Below are positions 8,419 to 17,837 of a stretch of 64,000 nucleotides of DNA, in pieces. A program made the translations under genes and the position numbers. Position 1 is the stretch's first letter; each line of letters opens with the position of its first letter. The stretch is taken from positions 20,896 to 84,895 of the forward strand of contig JACQCF010000005.1 of assembly GCA_016201795.1 (NCBI GenBank), in the 5' to 3' direction. Below the pieces are notes generated by a model, which had not been told where the DNA came from, did no database searches, and worked only from the letters and a program-made list of their open reading frames with translations. This DNA is from Candidatus Omnitrophota bacterium. GTDB taxonomy: Bacteria > Omnitrophota > Gorgyraeia > Zapsychrales > Fredricksoniimonadaceae.

Positions 8419-9044
8419 AACATATTTTTTAAAGAAGCAACGGTTTCTTTAATATTTTGAGCCAATAAAATGTCTCGGCAAATCGCCACCCGCCTGACTC
8501 CTTGCGCCGTTAATTGGCTAAGATTACTGCGACTAATACCACCGATAGAAAACACCGGAATCTTAGTCATCTCAAGTACACGGTTGAGTAATTCCAGATT
8601 CATGCACTTACGCTCGGGCTTTGTTTGAGTTTTAAATACGGAACCAAAACCGATATAATCAGCCCCTTGTCTTTGAGCCTCTTTGACTTGCTCCAGACGC
8701 TGACACGAAACGCCGATAATGGCTTGGGGGCCCATAAGCCCTCTAGCCTGGGCGTAAGGAATATCTTCCTGGCCTAAATGCACCCCATCAGCATCCGCCA
8801 AAAGAGCTAAATCCACCCGATCATTGACAATGAACAATGCTTTACCCGCTGTAATCTTTCGAGCCTGACGGCAGAAGTCCAAAATATCCTTTGCGCTGCC
8901 GTTTTTGTCGCGTAATTGTACTAGATCAACCCCCCCGCGTACAGCTGGTTTTAGTGCTTTAAGCAAATCCCTGTAAGAAAGAACCTGCCTGTCTAAAATC
9001 AAATATAAATTAGCGTTTTTTAACCGCTTTTTGCTCCAGGACAT
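8409..9044 (-). CDS. thiE: thiamine-phosphate synthase
   Basis: LYLILDRQ...GADYIGFGSVFKTQTK...IPVFSIGGI signature. Last 10 nt incl. stop overlap 5-prime end of tRNA-Gly. Confidence 0.8.
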   Translation of the reverse strand: MSWSKKRLKNANLYLILDRQVLSYRDLLKALKPAVRGGVDLVQLRDKNGSAKDILDFCRQARKITAGKALFIVNDRVDLALLADADGVHLGQEDIPYAQARGLMGPQAIIGVSCQRLEQVKEAQRQGADYIGFGSVFKTQTKPERKCMNLELLNRVLEMTKIPVFSIGGISRSNLSQLTAQGVRRVAICRDILLAQNIKETVASLKNMLRG

Positions 9045-9420
9045 ACATCTGATACCGTAGTGTTTTAATCCCCTGTGCGGCTGAGGGATTGAAAAGTTTA
9101 GCCACTTCCTCTAGAACCCGCAGGGATTCCTTCACCCGCTGGGCATTGGCAAAAAAAACCGATGGGATATCTTTCCTTTTAAGCTCGCTTGCACAGCTGG
9201 GCCGGCCAACATCTAAGATGACATCCCGGCCTTGCAGCATTTTAAACACATTCAGAGTGCTTGTGACCGTCGTCAATTCATGACGCAAATCTTTCAACGA
9301 TTTTGTTAACGCTTGTTTGTTCCACCCGTAACGGGCGATGTCCTCACAAACCCTCAAACCCTCTTTGGCCCGGTTGAAATTAGCGTCGATGATACGATAA
9401 AGCTGTGGGGTTGGCTTCAT
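9010..9420 (-). CDS. ThiD2-like domain protein (domain normally N-terminally fused to ThiE in long-form TMP synthases)
   Basis: LYRIIDANFNRAKEGLRVCEDIARYG matches the N-terminal extension domain of cyanobacterial/Thermotoga-type ThiE. Overlaps thiE by 35 nt in another frame. Confidence 0.5.
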   Translation of the reverse strand: MKPTPQLYRIIDANFNRAKEGLRVCEDIARYGWNKQALTKSLKDLRHELTTVTSTLNVFKMLQGRDVILDVGRPSCASELKRKDIPSVFFANAQRVKESLRVLEEVAKLFNPSAAQGIKTLRYQMYVLEQKAVKKR

Positions 9421-9422
9421 GC

Positions 9423-9899
9423 TTAAGCCGCCTTCTGCCCTATACGGCGGATCATACTAGTCGTGGAAAAACCTTTGATATATTTGATGAGCTCCACCTT
9501 CTTGACCAACTGTGCCCCCACCACTTCCCTTTTCTTCCAATCCGCGCCTTTAATTAAAACATCCGGCTGGATGGCTTGAATCAGCTCATAAGGAGTATTT
9601 TCATTAAAAATCACCACGAAATCCACACTTTCGAGAGCCGCTAGTACAGTAGCTCTCGATTTTTGCGGACAAATCGGCCTTGAAGGGCCTTTGATACGGC
9701 GGGTGGATTGGTCGCTATTTAACCCCACAATCAAAATACGGTTTTTCTTTTGAGCGGTCTGCAGATATTTGACGTGGCCCAAATGCATCAAATCAAAACA
9801 GCCATTGGTAAAAGCGATCGTCTTTCCCTGGCGGCGTAAACCAACTAATTTCTTCTTAAGTGCCTGTACGCCAACAATTTTATTCTCTGATTTAAACAT
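9423..9899 (-). CDS. hldC: D-glycero-beta-D-manno-heptose-1-phosphate adenylyltransferase (RfaE domain II type)
   Basis: IAFTNGCFDLMHLGHVKYL...LNSD.STRR.KGPSRPI cytidylyltransferase signature, closest to RfaE-II. Confidence 0.75.
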   Translation of the reverse strand: MFKSENKIVGVQALKKKLVGLRRQGKTIAFTNGCFDLMHLGHVKYLQTAQKKNRILIVGLNSDQSTRRIKGPSRPICPQKSRATVLAALESVDFVVIFNENTPYELIQAIQPDVLIKGADWKKREVVGAQLVKKVELIKYIKGFSTTSMIRRIGQKAA

Positions 9900-9911
9900 A
9901 AAATAAAAAAA

Positions 9912-10481
9912 TTATTTGGTTAATGTATCTTCGACCAATTGGCAAATAGTATGGAAAATAACCAAATGTGATTCTTGAATGCGGGCGGTTTTAGATGAGG
10001 CCGCGACAATGACAATATCGCACAAGCCTGCCAATTGACCGCCACTGCCGCCGGTCACGCCGATGGCGGTAATCCCCATGGCTTTAGCTTGTTTGACTGC
10101 TTCTAATACATTCTTGGAATTGCCGCTGGTGGAGATAGCCACCAGCACATCCCCTTTTTGACCCAGGGCCTGAAGCTGGCGGGAGAAAACAATATCAAAA
10201 GTATAATCGTTGCCTAAAGCGGTTAAGGCGGACGTATCCGTCGTTAAAGCAACGGCCGGCCAAGCTGCGCGTTCTTTCTGAAAACGGCCTACGAATTCCG
10301 CGGCAATGTGCTGGCTATCCGCCGCGGAGCCGCCGTTGCCGCAGAAAAAAAGCTTATGATGAGCTTGAAAAGCCTCCATGATCACTTCAGCGGTCTTCAT
10401 GATCTGTGGCAGATTTTTCTTGAGAGTTTCCCCTTTAACGGCAATGGATTCTGCAAAAATTTTTTCGATGGTATTTTTCAT
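9912..10481 (-). CDS. gmhA: phosphoheptose isomerase (SIS domain)
   Basis: FFCGNGGSAADSQHIAAEF...ISTSGNS motifs. Start set at MKNTIEKIF (10479-10481), 4 nt after pfkA stop. Confidence 0.8.
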   Translation of the reverse strand: MKNTIEKIFAESIAVKGETLKKNLPQIMKTAEVIMEAFQAHHKLFFCGNGGSAADSQHIAAEFVGRFQKERAAWPAVALTTDTSALTALGNDYTFDIVFSRQLQALGQKGDVLVAISTSGNSKNVLEAVKQAKAMGITAIGVTGGSGGQLAGLCDIVIVAASSKTARIQESHLVIFHTICQLVEDTLTK

Positions 10482-10485
10482 GTGG

Positions 10486-11531
10486 TCAATGCCTTGCTGA
10501 AAAAACATTGGTGATTTCAACCAAATCCATACTGACTTGTTTACGCTCGCGCACCGCTTCCTCCATATCCACAAAACAGATTTTATTATCTTTTAAACTC
10601 ACCATCTTGCCGAATTTCTGTTCTTTAACGAGCTCCACGGCTTTAACCCCAAAACGCGTGCCTAAAACCCGGTCAAACGACGTTGGTGTTCCTCCCCGCT
10701 GAATATATCCTAAAACGCTTACACGGGTTTCATAACCCGTATTGTCTTCGATAACTTTGGCTAAGTATTCCCCCACGCTGCCAAAGCGGCGCTTTTCTGC
10801 CATTGGCTCGCTGGAGGTCGAATGCGCCGAACGCGCCATGTACCCCTCAATTTTAGTGCCTTCGGAAATGACAATAATGCTAAAGGGTTTGCCGCGTTTA
10901 TGCCGCTCACGCAAAAGCTCATAGAGCTCCTGTAAATTAACGGGAATTTCCGGAATCAGAATAATATCCGCCCCGCCGGAATGCCCGCTTCCACGGCGAT
11001 CCATCCGGTATAAAGCCCCATCACCTCGACAACCATGATGCGGTGATGTGATTCCGCGGTCGTATGCAAACGGTCAATGCATTGGGTGGCAATATTAACA
11101 GCCGTATCAAAACCAAAAGCGTAATCCGTACCCGAGAGCGCATTATCAATCGATTTAGGCACGCCCACCACTTGAATAATGCCGCGTTTATACAAAGCAT
11201 TGGCAATCTTTAAAGTCTCCTCACCGCCGACGGCAATGAGCGCATCCACGCCGCTTCTTTGATAATGTTCTTTGATCTTCTTAATTTGATCTTCCTTGCC
11301 TAAAGGGTTGAGACGGCTGGTGCCTAAAATGGTCCCGCCGCGGTCCAAAATGCCGGTGGTGGATTTGACATCCAAAACCTTCATGTCATTTTCGATTAAA
11401 CCCAGCCATCCATTTTTAATACCCGTAATCACAAAATTTTCCTGCATACCTTTGCGCACCACCGCGCGGATGACCGAGTTAAGTCCGGGGCAATCAGCCC
11501 CGCCTGTTAAAATACCAATTTTTTTCATCAA
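10486..11531 (-). pseudogene. pfkA: 6-phosphofructokinase, split by apparent 1-nt deletion into two overlapping ORFs (10956-11531 and 10486-11004)
   Basis: N-part GGADCPGLNSVIRAVV...GGEETL...PKSIDN. C-part GGADIILIPE...HIQRGG-like YIQRGG. Frames switch inside GIAGGAD-equivalent codons near 10968-10985. Confidence 0.75.
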
Positions 11532-11543
11532 TGAGTCTTAAGG

Positions 11544-12893
11544 TTAACCATCATTTTTTATCATCTTTTCCAAGAAATGAGTCGTGACCTTGCCCTGCAG
11601 AAAGGTCGGATGATGCATGATTTCCATATGCAGCGGAATGGTCGTTTTGATAGGGGCCACGTAAAATTCATCCAGGGCCCGACGCATAATGCGAATCGCC
11701 TCATCACGGTCTTTGCCGTGGACAATCACTTTCGCCAACAGGGAATCATAATAAGGACTGATAGTATAGCCCGGATAAATATGCGTGTCAATGCGCACGC
11801 CAGGTCCGCCTGGCAGATTAAGCTCTGCTATCTTGCCCGGTGAGGGAATGAAATTATTGTAAGGATCTTCGGCGTTGATACGGCATTCAATGGAAGCGCC
11901 CTGGAATTTCACATCTTCCTGCTTCATCTTTAACTTCTGACCATTAGCCGCTTTTATCTGTTCCTTAATAAGATCGATACCGGTGATCATCTCGGTGACC
12001 GGATGTTCCACCTGAATACGCGTATTCATCTCCATAAAATAAAAATTGCCATACGCATCCAGTAAAAATTCAATGGTCCCTGCCCCATGATAATGAACCG
12101 CCTTGGCGGCTTTGACCGCAGCCTCACCCATTTTTTTACGCAAATTAGAATCCAAAGCCGGTGAGGGCGCTTCCTCCAATAATTTTTGATGCCGTCTTTG
12201 CAGGGAACAATCGCGTTCGCCCAGATGAATGACGTTGCCGTATTCATCCGCCAAAATCTGAAACTCCACGTGACGGGGGTCTTCGATGTATTTTTCAATA
12301 TACACATCCGCCCGTCCAAAATTTGCCTCCGCTTCCGCCTGTGCCACTTTAAAAGAATTGATCAGCGTCACATCATTATGGCAGACGCGCATGCCCTTAC
12401 CGCCGCCGCCGGCGGCGGCTTTAATAATCACCGGATATTTAATCTTCTGGGCCACGGCGAGCGCTGCTTCCTGAGTTTTAATAACACCGTTGCCGCCGGC
12501 TGTTAAAGGCACCCCCATTTTTTTAACCGTTTCTTTGGCGATAATTTTATCGCCCATTTTGCGGATGGACTCCGGCGAGGGGCCAATGAATTTGATATGA
12601 CAGGATTCGCAAATCTCGGCAAAATGCGCGTTTTCCGATAGAAAGCCGTAGCCGGGATGAATAGCTTCCACGTCGGTGATCTCCGCAGCGGAGATAATCG
12701 CGGGGATATTCAAATAGCTTTCTTTGCTTGCGGCCTTGCCAATACAAACCGCTTCATCGGCAAAACGCACGTGCAAAGAATCGCGATCCGCTTCGGAATA
12801 AACCGCCACCGTGCGAATGCCGAGTTCCTTGCAGGCACGAATGACACGCAGGGCGATTTCACCACGATTGGCGATAAGGATTTTGGAAAACAT
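11544..12893 (-). CDS. accC: acetyl-CoA carboxylase biotin carboxylase subunit
   Basis: [26 protein letters not shown]..., ATP-grasp motifs, 449 aa. Confidence 0.9.
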   Translation of the reverse strand: MFSKILIANRGEIALRVIRACKELGIRTVAVYSEADRDSLHVRFADEAVCIGKAASKESYLNIPAIISAAEITDVEAIHPGYGFLSENAHFAEICESCHIKFIGPSPESIRKMGDKIIAKETVKKMGVPLTAGGNGVIKTQEAALAVAQKIKYPVIIKAAAGGGGKGMRVCHNDVTLINSFKVAQAEAEANFGRADVYIEKYIEDPRHVEFQILADEYGNVIHLGERDCSLQRRHQKLLEEAPSPALDSNLRKKMGEAAVKAAKAVHYHGAGTIEFLLDAYGNFYFMEMNTRIQVEHPVTEMITGIDLIKEQIKAANGQKLKMKQEDVKFQGASIECRINAEDPYNNFIPSPGKIAELNLPGGPGVRIDTHIYPGYTISPYYDSLLAKVIVHGKDRDEAIRIMRRALDEFYVAPIKTTIPLHMEIMHHPTFLQGKVTTHFLEKMIKNDG

Positions 12894-12896
12894 AAA

Positions 12897-13367
12897 TTAT
12901 AGCGGTTCAACTACAAATAAGGTTTGGCCAAATTCGACAGGTTCGGCGTTTGAGACAGCCACTTCCGCAATTTTACCGCGCACTTCGGATTTAATTTCGT
13001 TCATGAGCTTCATGGCTTCCACAATACAAACCACTTGGCCGACTTCCACGGTCTGGCCGACTTCCACAAACGCGGCCGCTTCCGGAGACGGAGCGCGATA
13101 AAAAGTGCCCACCATCGGTGACTTGATCTGTTGGGTCGATTTTTGGGAAGTTTCAGCGGTGGATGCCACAGCCGTGGGCGTGGCCGAAGAGGTGGCGATT
13201 TTCGGGGCAGGAATAGATTCGACCGTATAATGAACAGGCGCCTGAAGCTGCGCTTCAAGGGTTGTTTTCTTTAATTTCAACTTAAGGCCTTCGCGTTCAA
13301 TTTCAATCTCGCTAAGATTGTTTTCATTCATCAGCGCGATGATTTCCTTAATTTCTTTTAAATTCAT
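12897..13367 (-). CDS. accB: biotin carboxyl carrier protein
   Basis: C-terminal biotinyl domain with EAMKLMNEI motif. Ala/Pro-rich linker. Confidence 0.85.
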   Translation of the reverse strand: MNLKEIKEIIALMNENNLSEIEIEREGLKLKLKKTTLEAQLQAPVHYTVESIPAPKIATSSATPTAVASTAETSQKSTQQIKSPMVGTFYRAPSPEAAAFVEVGQTVEVGQVVCIVEAMKLMNEIKSEVRGKIAEVAVSNAEPVEFGQTLFVVEPL

Positions 13368-13942
13368 TTTTTGACCCTTTCGACATAGATGCCGGTTCTG
13401 GTGTCAACTTTAATCGTCTCCCCGGGGCTGATAAACAAAGGTACAGAAACAAAAGCGCCGGTATCAATTTTAGCAGGTTTATAGCCGGCTTTGGAAGAAT
13501 CCCCTTTAAGGCCGGGATCTGCTTCGGTGATGGTCGCTATAATAAAAGTAGGAACCTCGGCTTTAATCACCTGCCCCTTATAAATAATGGTTTCCACTGC
13601 CATATTATCTTGCAGGTATTTGACCCCATCACCCAGAAGGTCTTTAGGTATCACCATATCTTCAAAAGTATTCTGGTCCATGAAATGGTATTCATCGCCT
13701 GCGGCATAGGTAAACTGCATGCGCTGGCGTTCTAAGGACGCATCTTCTAACATATCAGAACTACGAAAGGTGCGTTCCAAAACAGCGTCGGTTTTAATAT
13801 TTTTGAGCCGCACGCGTACAAAAGCGCTGCCTTTACCAGGCTTGACGTGATGATATTCGGTTACAAAATAAAGATTACCCTCCACCAACAGACCCATACC
13901 ACCTTCAATCTCATTAATGGTGATTGCCACTGAGCGCCTCAC
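13364..13942 (-). CDS. efp: elongation factor P
   Basis: HVKPGKGSAFVRVRLKNIKT...EKTF...DPGLKGDS signature. Confidence 0.85.
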   Translation of the reverse strand: MRRSVAITINEIEGGMGLLVEGNLYFVTEYHHVKPGKGSAFVRVRLKNIKTDAVLERTFRSSDMLEDASLERQRMQFTYAAGDEYHFMDQNTFEDMVIPKDLLGDGVKYLQDNMAVETIIYKGQVIKAEVPTFIIATITEADPGLKGDSSKAGYKPAKIDTGAFVSVPLFISPGETIKVDTRTGIYVERVKK

Positions 13943-14972
13943 ATCCTTCTTGGGTCACTAAAACCATATCTTCCACTCTTATTCCAAACTGCCCGGGGAT
14001 ATACACCCCAGGCTCTACCGTTACCACCATTCCCGGCTCCAGGATACTCTGGCTTTGCACTGAAAGCCTGGGGTTTTCATGGATTTCAAGCCCTACTCCA
14101 TGCCCTAAGGAATGGCCAAAATATTTTGCTAAACCAAACCTGCGCAAGACCTTACGTGCATGAGCATCTACTTCGGCCACTGCAATTCCCGGCTTAATGA
14201 GCTTAATCGCTTCCTGTTGCGCAAGCGTTGTAGCTCCAAGCGCTTTGGTATAACGAGGCGACATTCTACCCAAAAAGAAATTGCGTGTCAAGTCAGACTT
14301 ATAACCTTCTAGATCAATACCAATATCGATCAACAAAGGCTCATTGGTTCGCAGGATTCTGTCACTAACCTTCGCATGAGGATGGGCGGAATTAGGCCCT
14401 GAGGCAATAATGGGATCAAAAGAAAACCTAACCTGATTTTTTTTAATAAATCCCTCCAAATGCCCCAAGATTTGACGTTCAGAAAGGCCTGGCTTCACCA
14501 CTTTTTTTAAAAATTCCAAGGCTCTAAAATGCACTTTCAAACATTGGCGAATGGCATTCACTTCCCCCTCTTCCTTAATTTCCCTTAAACTCTCGACCAA
14601 ACCATTGGCCGCAATAAGCTTAGTCCGGCGCGGGCAAAAACTCTTAAGTTTCTTAAAACAAGCCACCGAAGTATGCCGCTCGTCAAAGCCCAGACGCTTG
14701 ATTTTATGGTTTTGGGCCACCTCAAAGAGAGTTTCGGCCAAGCATCGGGTATGTTGTTTGACTGAAGCAATACCTTTTAACCCCTCCCTGGCTTCTTGAA
14801 TGTAGCGAAAATCAGTAATGTAAAAAACCTTTTTGGGTGTCACTAAAAGCCAGGATTCCTGGGCAGGGAAACTGGTTAAATACTTAATATTGACATCTTG
14901 AGTAATAAGAAGCGCATTGATACTACGATGACGGGGAAATTCAGCGACTAATCTTCTTAAACGATGGTTCAT
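13914..14972 (-). CDS. pepP: Xaa-Pro aminopeptidase (M24 family)
   Basis: HGVGLEIHE and pita-bread fold motifs. Canonical efp-pepP neighbourhood. Confidence 0.75.
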   Translation of the reverse strand: MNHRLRRLVAEFPRHRSINALLITQDVNIKYLTSFPAQESWLLVTPKKVFYITDFRYIQEAREGLKGIASVKQHTRCLAETLFEVAQNHKIKRLGFDERHTSVACFKKLKSFCPRRTKLIAANGLVESLREIKEEGEVNAIRQCLKVHFRALEFLKKVVKPGLSERQILGHLEGFIKKNQVRFSFDPIIASGPNSAHPHAKVSDRILRTNEPLLIDIGIDLEGYKSDLTRNFFLGRMSPRYTKALGATTLAQQEAIKLIKPGIAVAEVDAHARKVLRRFGLAKYFGHSLGHGVGLEIHENPRLSVQSQSILEPGMVVTVEPGVYIPGQFGIRVEDMVLVTQEGCEALSGNHH

Positions 14973-15002
14973 AAAAACCCAGGATGCCTCTGTTAAGGCG
15001 GG

Positions 15003-15158
15003 TCATTGCTCAGCTTGATCGGCTAGCAATACAGGAATACCGTTTTTAATAGGGTATTTGCGTCCGCATTGGAGGCAGACAACGTTATTATTTTTGAGTT
15101 CTATTTCTCCGCCGCAGGCGGGACAAGCGAGAATTTCCAACAATTTGGGATCTATCAT
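15003..15158 (-). CDS. Trm112/YcaR-like small zinc-ribbon protein (UPF0434)
   Basis: Unlisted 51-aa ORF MIDPKLLEILACPACGGEIELKNNNVVCLQCGRKYPIKNGIPVLLADQAEQ. Start immediately follows DUF1844 stop (TAAATG). Confidence 0.55.
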   Translation of the reverse strand: MIDPKLLEILACPACGGEIELKNNNVVCLQCGRKYPIKNGIPVLLADQAEQ

Positions 15159-15557
15159 TTAACTTGGGGCTTGTTCTTTTTTAACCGCTTCCACGTAGCG
15201 CAATTGAAGTTCGTAAATCGACCCATGAAGCAATTCCGACTCTTCTTTGGTTAAATTGCCCGTGGTCTTTTCTCTGATAATAGTCATGGTATCAATCAAA
15301 AACTTGGCTTGTTTGAGGTTTCTATCTATCTGATTGGTCAGCGGATTAGGGATTTCCCCCAAAAAGATCATCGCCTGAAAGCCCAGACTTGCGATATAGT
15401 TAAAAAAATCCAATTGCGGCTCTTGACCCGCCTCTGGCGGGTCTTGCTCTTGAGATGGTTTTTCTTCACAGGAAACTGGAATGGGTTTTCCATCGGGGCC
15501 GATGAGGCCGCTGGATTCAGGGCTCACCTTCTCTCCCCAGCGATTATGCAGATCCAT
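15159..15557 (-). CDS. DUF1844-family protein
   Basis: DFFNYIASLGFQAMIFLGEIPNPLTN...IYELQLRY pattern typical of DUF1844. Confidence 0.5.
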   Translation of the reverse strand: MDLHNRWGEKVSPESSGLIGPDGKPIPVSCEEKPSQEQDPPEAGQEPQLDFFNYIASLGFQAMIFLGEIPNPLTNQIDRNLKQAKFLIDTMTIIREKTTGNLTKEESELLHGSIYELQLRYVEAVKKEQAPS

Positions 15558-15652
15558 ACTTGATCCTTTCTAAAAAGTATGGACACTTTAACACTGAAGC
15601 GTATAGTTGTCAATCCGAGTGTAATCGAAGGGAGCGGAAGAATAATTAAGAA

Positions 15653-16312
15653 CTACTGATCGCGCAGTTGATATTCAATTTCAATATTGAAGGTGTATTC
15701 CGGCAGGGTCATGCCTTTTAAAAAAGGCGGAAAACGTGCTTCTTTGAGGCTTTTGGTAGAAATGTAGCGTAAATTTTGACTGGCTCTAGTTTTCGCATCA
15801 ATAACCTGATAATCCTTAAGACTCCCATCCGAAGCAATAATAAAGGTCAAATATACTTTGCCGTTATCCAGCTGGTTGTAATTGGCGTAAACCCTTTCCT
15901 TAATGCTTTCCCGCACCCTGTCCTGGTAAGAGGTGTAAATGGGATTATTGATCTTCTGTGATACAATCGGTGTCACCGTAATATGATTAACCTGCAAGGA
16001 TTTGATCCGCACGGGCCTGCGCTCGTAGACGAAATCTTTAAACTCCTGGCTATCTTTGACCAATTTAATACCGATGGCATCATTGGAAGGCAAAAGCAAG
16101 GAATTTTGCAAATCCAATTTTTGGGCTGGCTTAATGACATGCTGTCGAATATCTAATGCCCGAGGGCTGATGGGTTTGTAGGTAATCTCCACACTCCTGA
16201 GCCTGGCTCTTTGAAGCTGCGGTAATTTCATCCAGTAGCCGCTGCCAACAACCATCGTATGAATCGTCAATGAAATCAATAAGGCTCTGAACAAAAAATG
16301 ATCAGTGGTCAT
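15653..16312 (-). CDS. TonB C-terminal-domain membrane protein
   Basis: N-terminal TM helix. C-terminal approximately 90 aa fits TonB_C pattern (YLTFIIASDGSLKDYQVIDAKTRASQNLRYISTKSLKEARFPPF). Confidence 0.45.
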   Translation of the reverse strand: MTTDHFLFRALLISLTIHTMVVGSGYWMKLPQLQRARLRSVEITYKPISPRALDIRQHVIKPAQKLDLQNSLLLPSNDAIGIKLVKDSQEFKDFVYERRPVRIKSLQVNHITVTPIVSQKINNPIYTSYQDRVRESIKERVYANYNQLDNGKVYLTFIIASDGSLKDYQVIDAKTRASQNLRYISTKSLKEARFPPFLKGMTLPEYTFNIEIEYQLRDQ

Positions 16313-16974
16313 GGCGTAAACATCTCCCGACTGAGGTAACGGATAAACTTAAGCGTATCACGCACGGGGCTAATCTTGCTGATCTCATCGCGATAAATGG
16401 TCTGAATCGGCACCGCAGCCATGCGAAAACCCTTTTTACTGGCTTTAATCAGAATTTCCGTTTCAATCTCAAAATCCGTGCATTGAAGTTCAATGGCCTT
16501 AAGGACATTGGTTGTCATCAAACGAAACCCGCATTGAGTATCCGCGATTTTCTGACGGCAAATCAAAGAAATGACCCATGACATAAACCTGTTGGTGACC
16601 CGTCGCAGCCAAGGCATCTCTGAAGGATTATGCATGCGATCCCCGCTAATAATATCCGCCTGTGTGTTTCGATAACATTCCAAAAAATGACCGATATCTA
16701 AAGGCGAATGCTGCCCGTCACCATCCATTGTAATGACGGCCTCATACCCTTGTCCCAGAGCTTGCGCAAAGGCCAGACGCAGAGCATTACCCTTACCCCC
16801 TTTTTTATGGGTTGAGATCACCAGCGCTCCCTGCGTTTTAGCCAAAAGGGCTGTGTCATCACTGGAACCGTCGTCAACGACTATGACATCGTAACCTAAA
16901 TCGGTAATCGCTTTAACCAAAGCGCCGATCGATCTGGCTTCATTATGGGCGGGGATGACAATGGCGATTTTCAT
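16309..16974 (-). CDS. family-2 glycosyltransferase (polyprenyl-phosphate sugar transferase-like)
   Basis: IVIPAHNEA...VVDDGSSDDT...DGDGQH GT2 motifs. Confidence 0.7.
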   Translation of the reverse strand: MKIAIVIPAHNEARSIGALVKAITDLGYDVIVVDDGSSDDTALLAKTQGALVISTHKKGGKGNALRLAFAQALGQGYEAVITMDGDGQHSPLDIGHFLECYRNTQADIISGDRMHNPSEMPWLRRVTNRFMSWVISLICRQKIADTQCGFRLMTTNVLKAIELQCTDFEIETEILIKASKKGFRMAAVPIQTIYRDEISKISPVRDTLKFIRYLSREMFTP

Positions 16975-17834
16975 ACGTTCTCAAAACGGCGAAACATCAG
17001 CCATTGGCTGGGATTCTGCCGGATTTGTTCCTCAATCAAAGGAAGGTATTGTTTAGTGAGCTGTTCTATATCCTCATCACTGATATGGCCCGCCTTCATA
17101 GGCGGCGGATCAATGGGTTCCCCTAATGTAATACGAAAATTATTCTGATGACCGCGTAAAAAAAACACCGGGATGATGGGAGCACCGGTTTTAAGCGCAA
17201 AGAGAGCCGCGCCTTGGGGAATCATGGCCTTTCGTCCTAAAAAATCCATCGGCAGACCGTGATGGCCAAAATCCCTGTCGGCCAGAATGGCAATAAAACG
17301 ATTGCGTTTTAAATGTTCCAAACAACCACGCAGAGCCACATTAGTTTGAATCACCGTGGCCCCAAAAAACTCTCGCTGGCTGTTAAAAAAATGATTAACC
17401 CGCTCGTCCCTATGCGCCAAAGCCACGATCGACACAGGATACCCCAGAAGAGCTAACAGGGCCGCTCCCATTTCCCAATTCCCCAGATGTGCGCTAAGAA
17501 TAATACCGCCTTTGCCTTTATGAAGCACCTCGTTTAAATGCTCCACCCCCGTCATCTGAACAGAATTTTTAATAAACTCCCGATCGAGCCTTCGGGTCAT
17601 GGTAAAAAAATCCGCCAGATATTTACCAAAATTGTGAAACACATCACGCACCATCGAAGCGGGAACTTGATCGGCGTTAAGAACAACTTTTAGATTAGCC
17701 TCTACAGCCTCACGGTCTGCTTTGGATAACAGATATTGACAATCCGAAAGAAAAACAGCTAGCGCATAACTGACCGATAGCGGCAGATGGCGCGTCAAAA
17801 ATTGTCCGATTTTATAAAGACAAAAATTTCCCAT
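16971..17834 (-). CDS. LpxL/HtrB-family lipid acyltransferase
   Basis: ILSAHLGNWEMGAALLA...ILADRDF pattern of lipid A biosynthesis acyltransferase family. Confidence 0.65.
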   Translation of the reverse strand: MGNFCLYKIGQFLTRHLPLSVSYALAVFLSDCQYLLSKADREAVEANLKVVLNADQVPASMVRDVFHNFGKYLADFFTMTRRLDREFIKNSVQMTGVEHLNEVLHKGKGGIILSAHLGNWEMGAALLALLGYPVSIVALAHRDERVNHFFNSQREFFGATVIQTNVALRGCLEHLKRNRFIAILADRDFGHHGLPMDFLGRKAMIPQGAALFALKTGAPIIPVFFLRGHQNNFRITLGEPIDPPPMKAGHISDEDIEQLTKQYLPLIEEQIRQNPSQWLMFRRFENV

Positions 17835-17837
17835 ATT

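Noticed and set aside
10956-11004. Programmed ribosomal frameshift in pfkA
   Set aside because: No slippery heptamer or downstream structure is evident. A second similar single-base disruption occurs in rpmJ, which makes an assembly indel or a genuine pseudogene far more likely.
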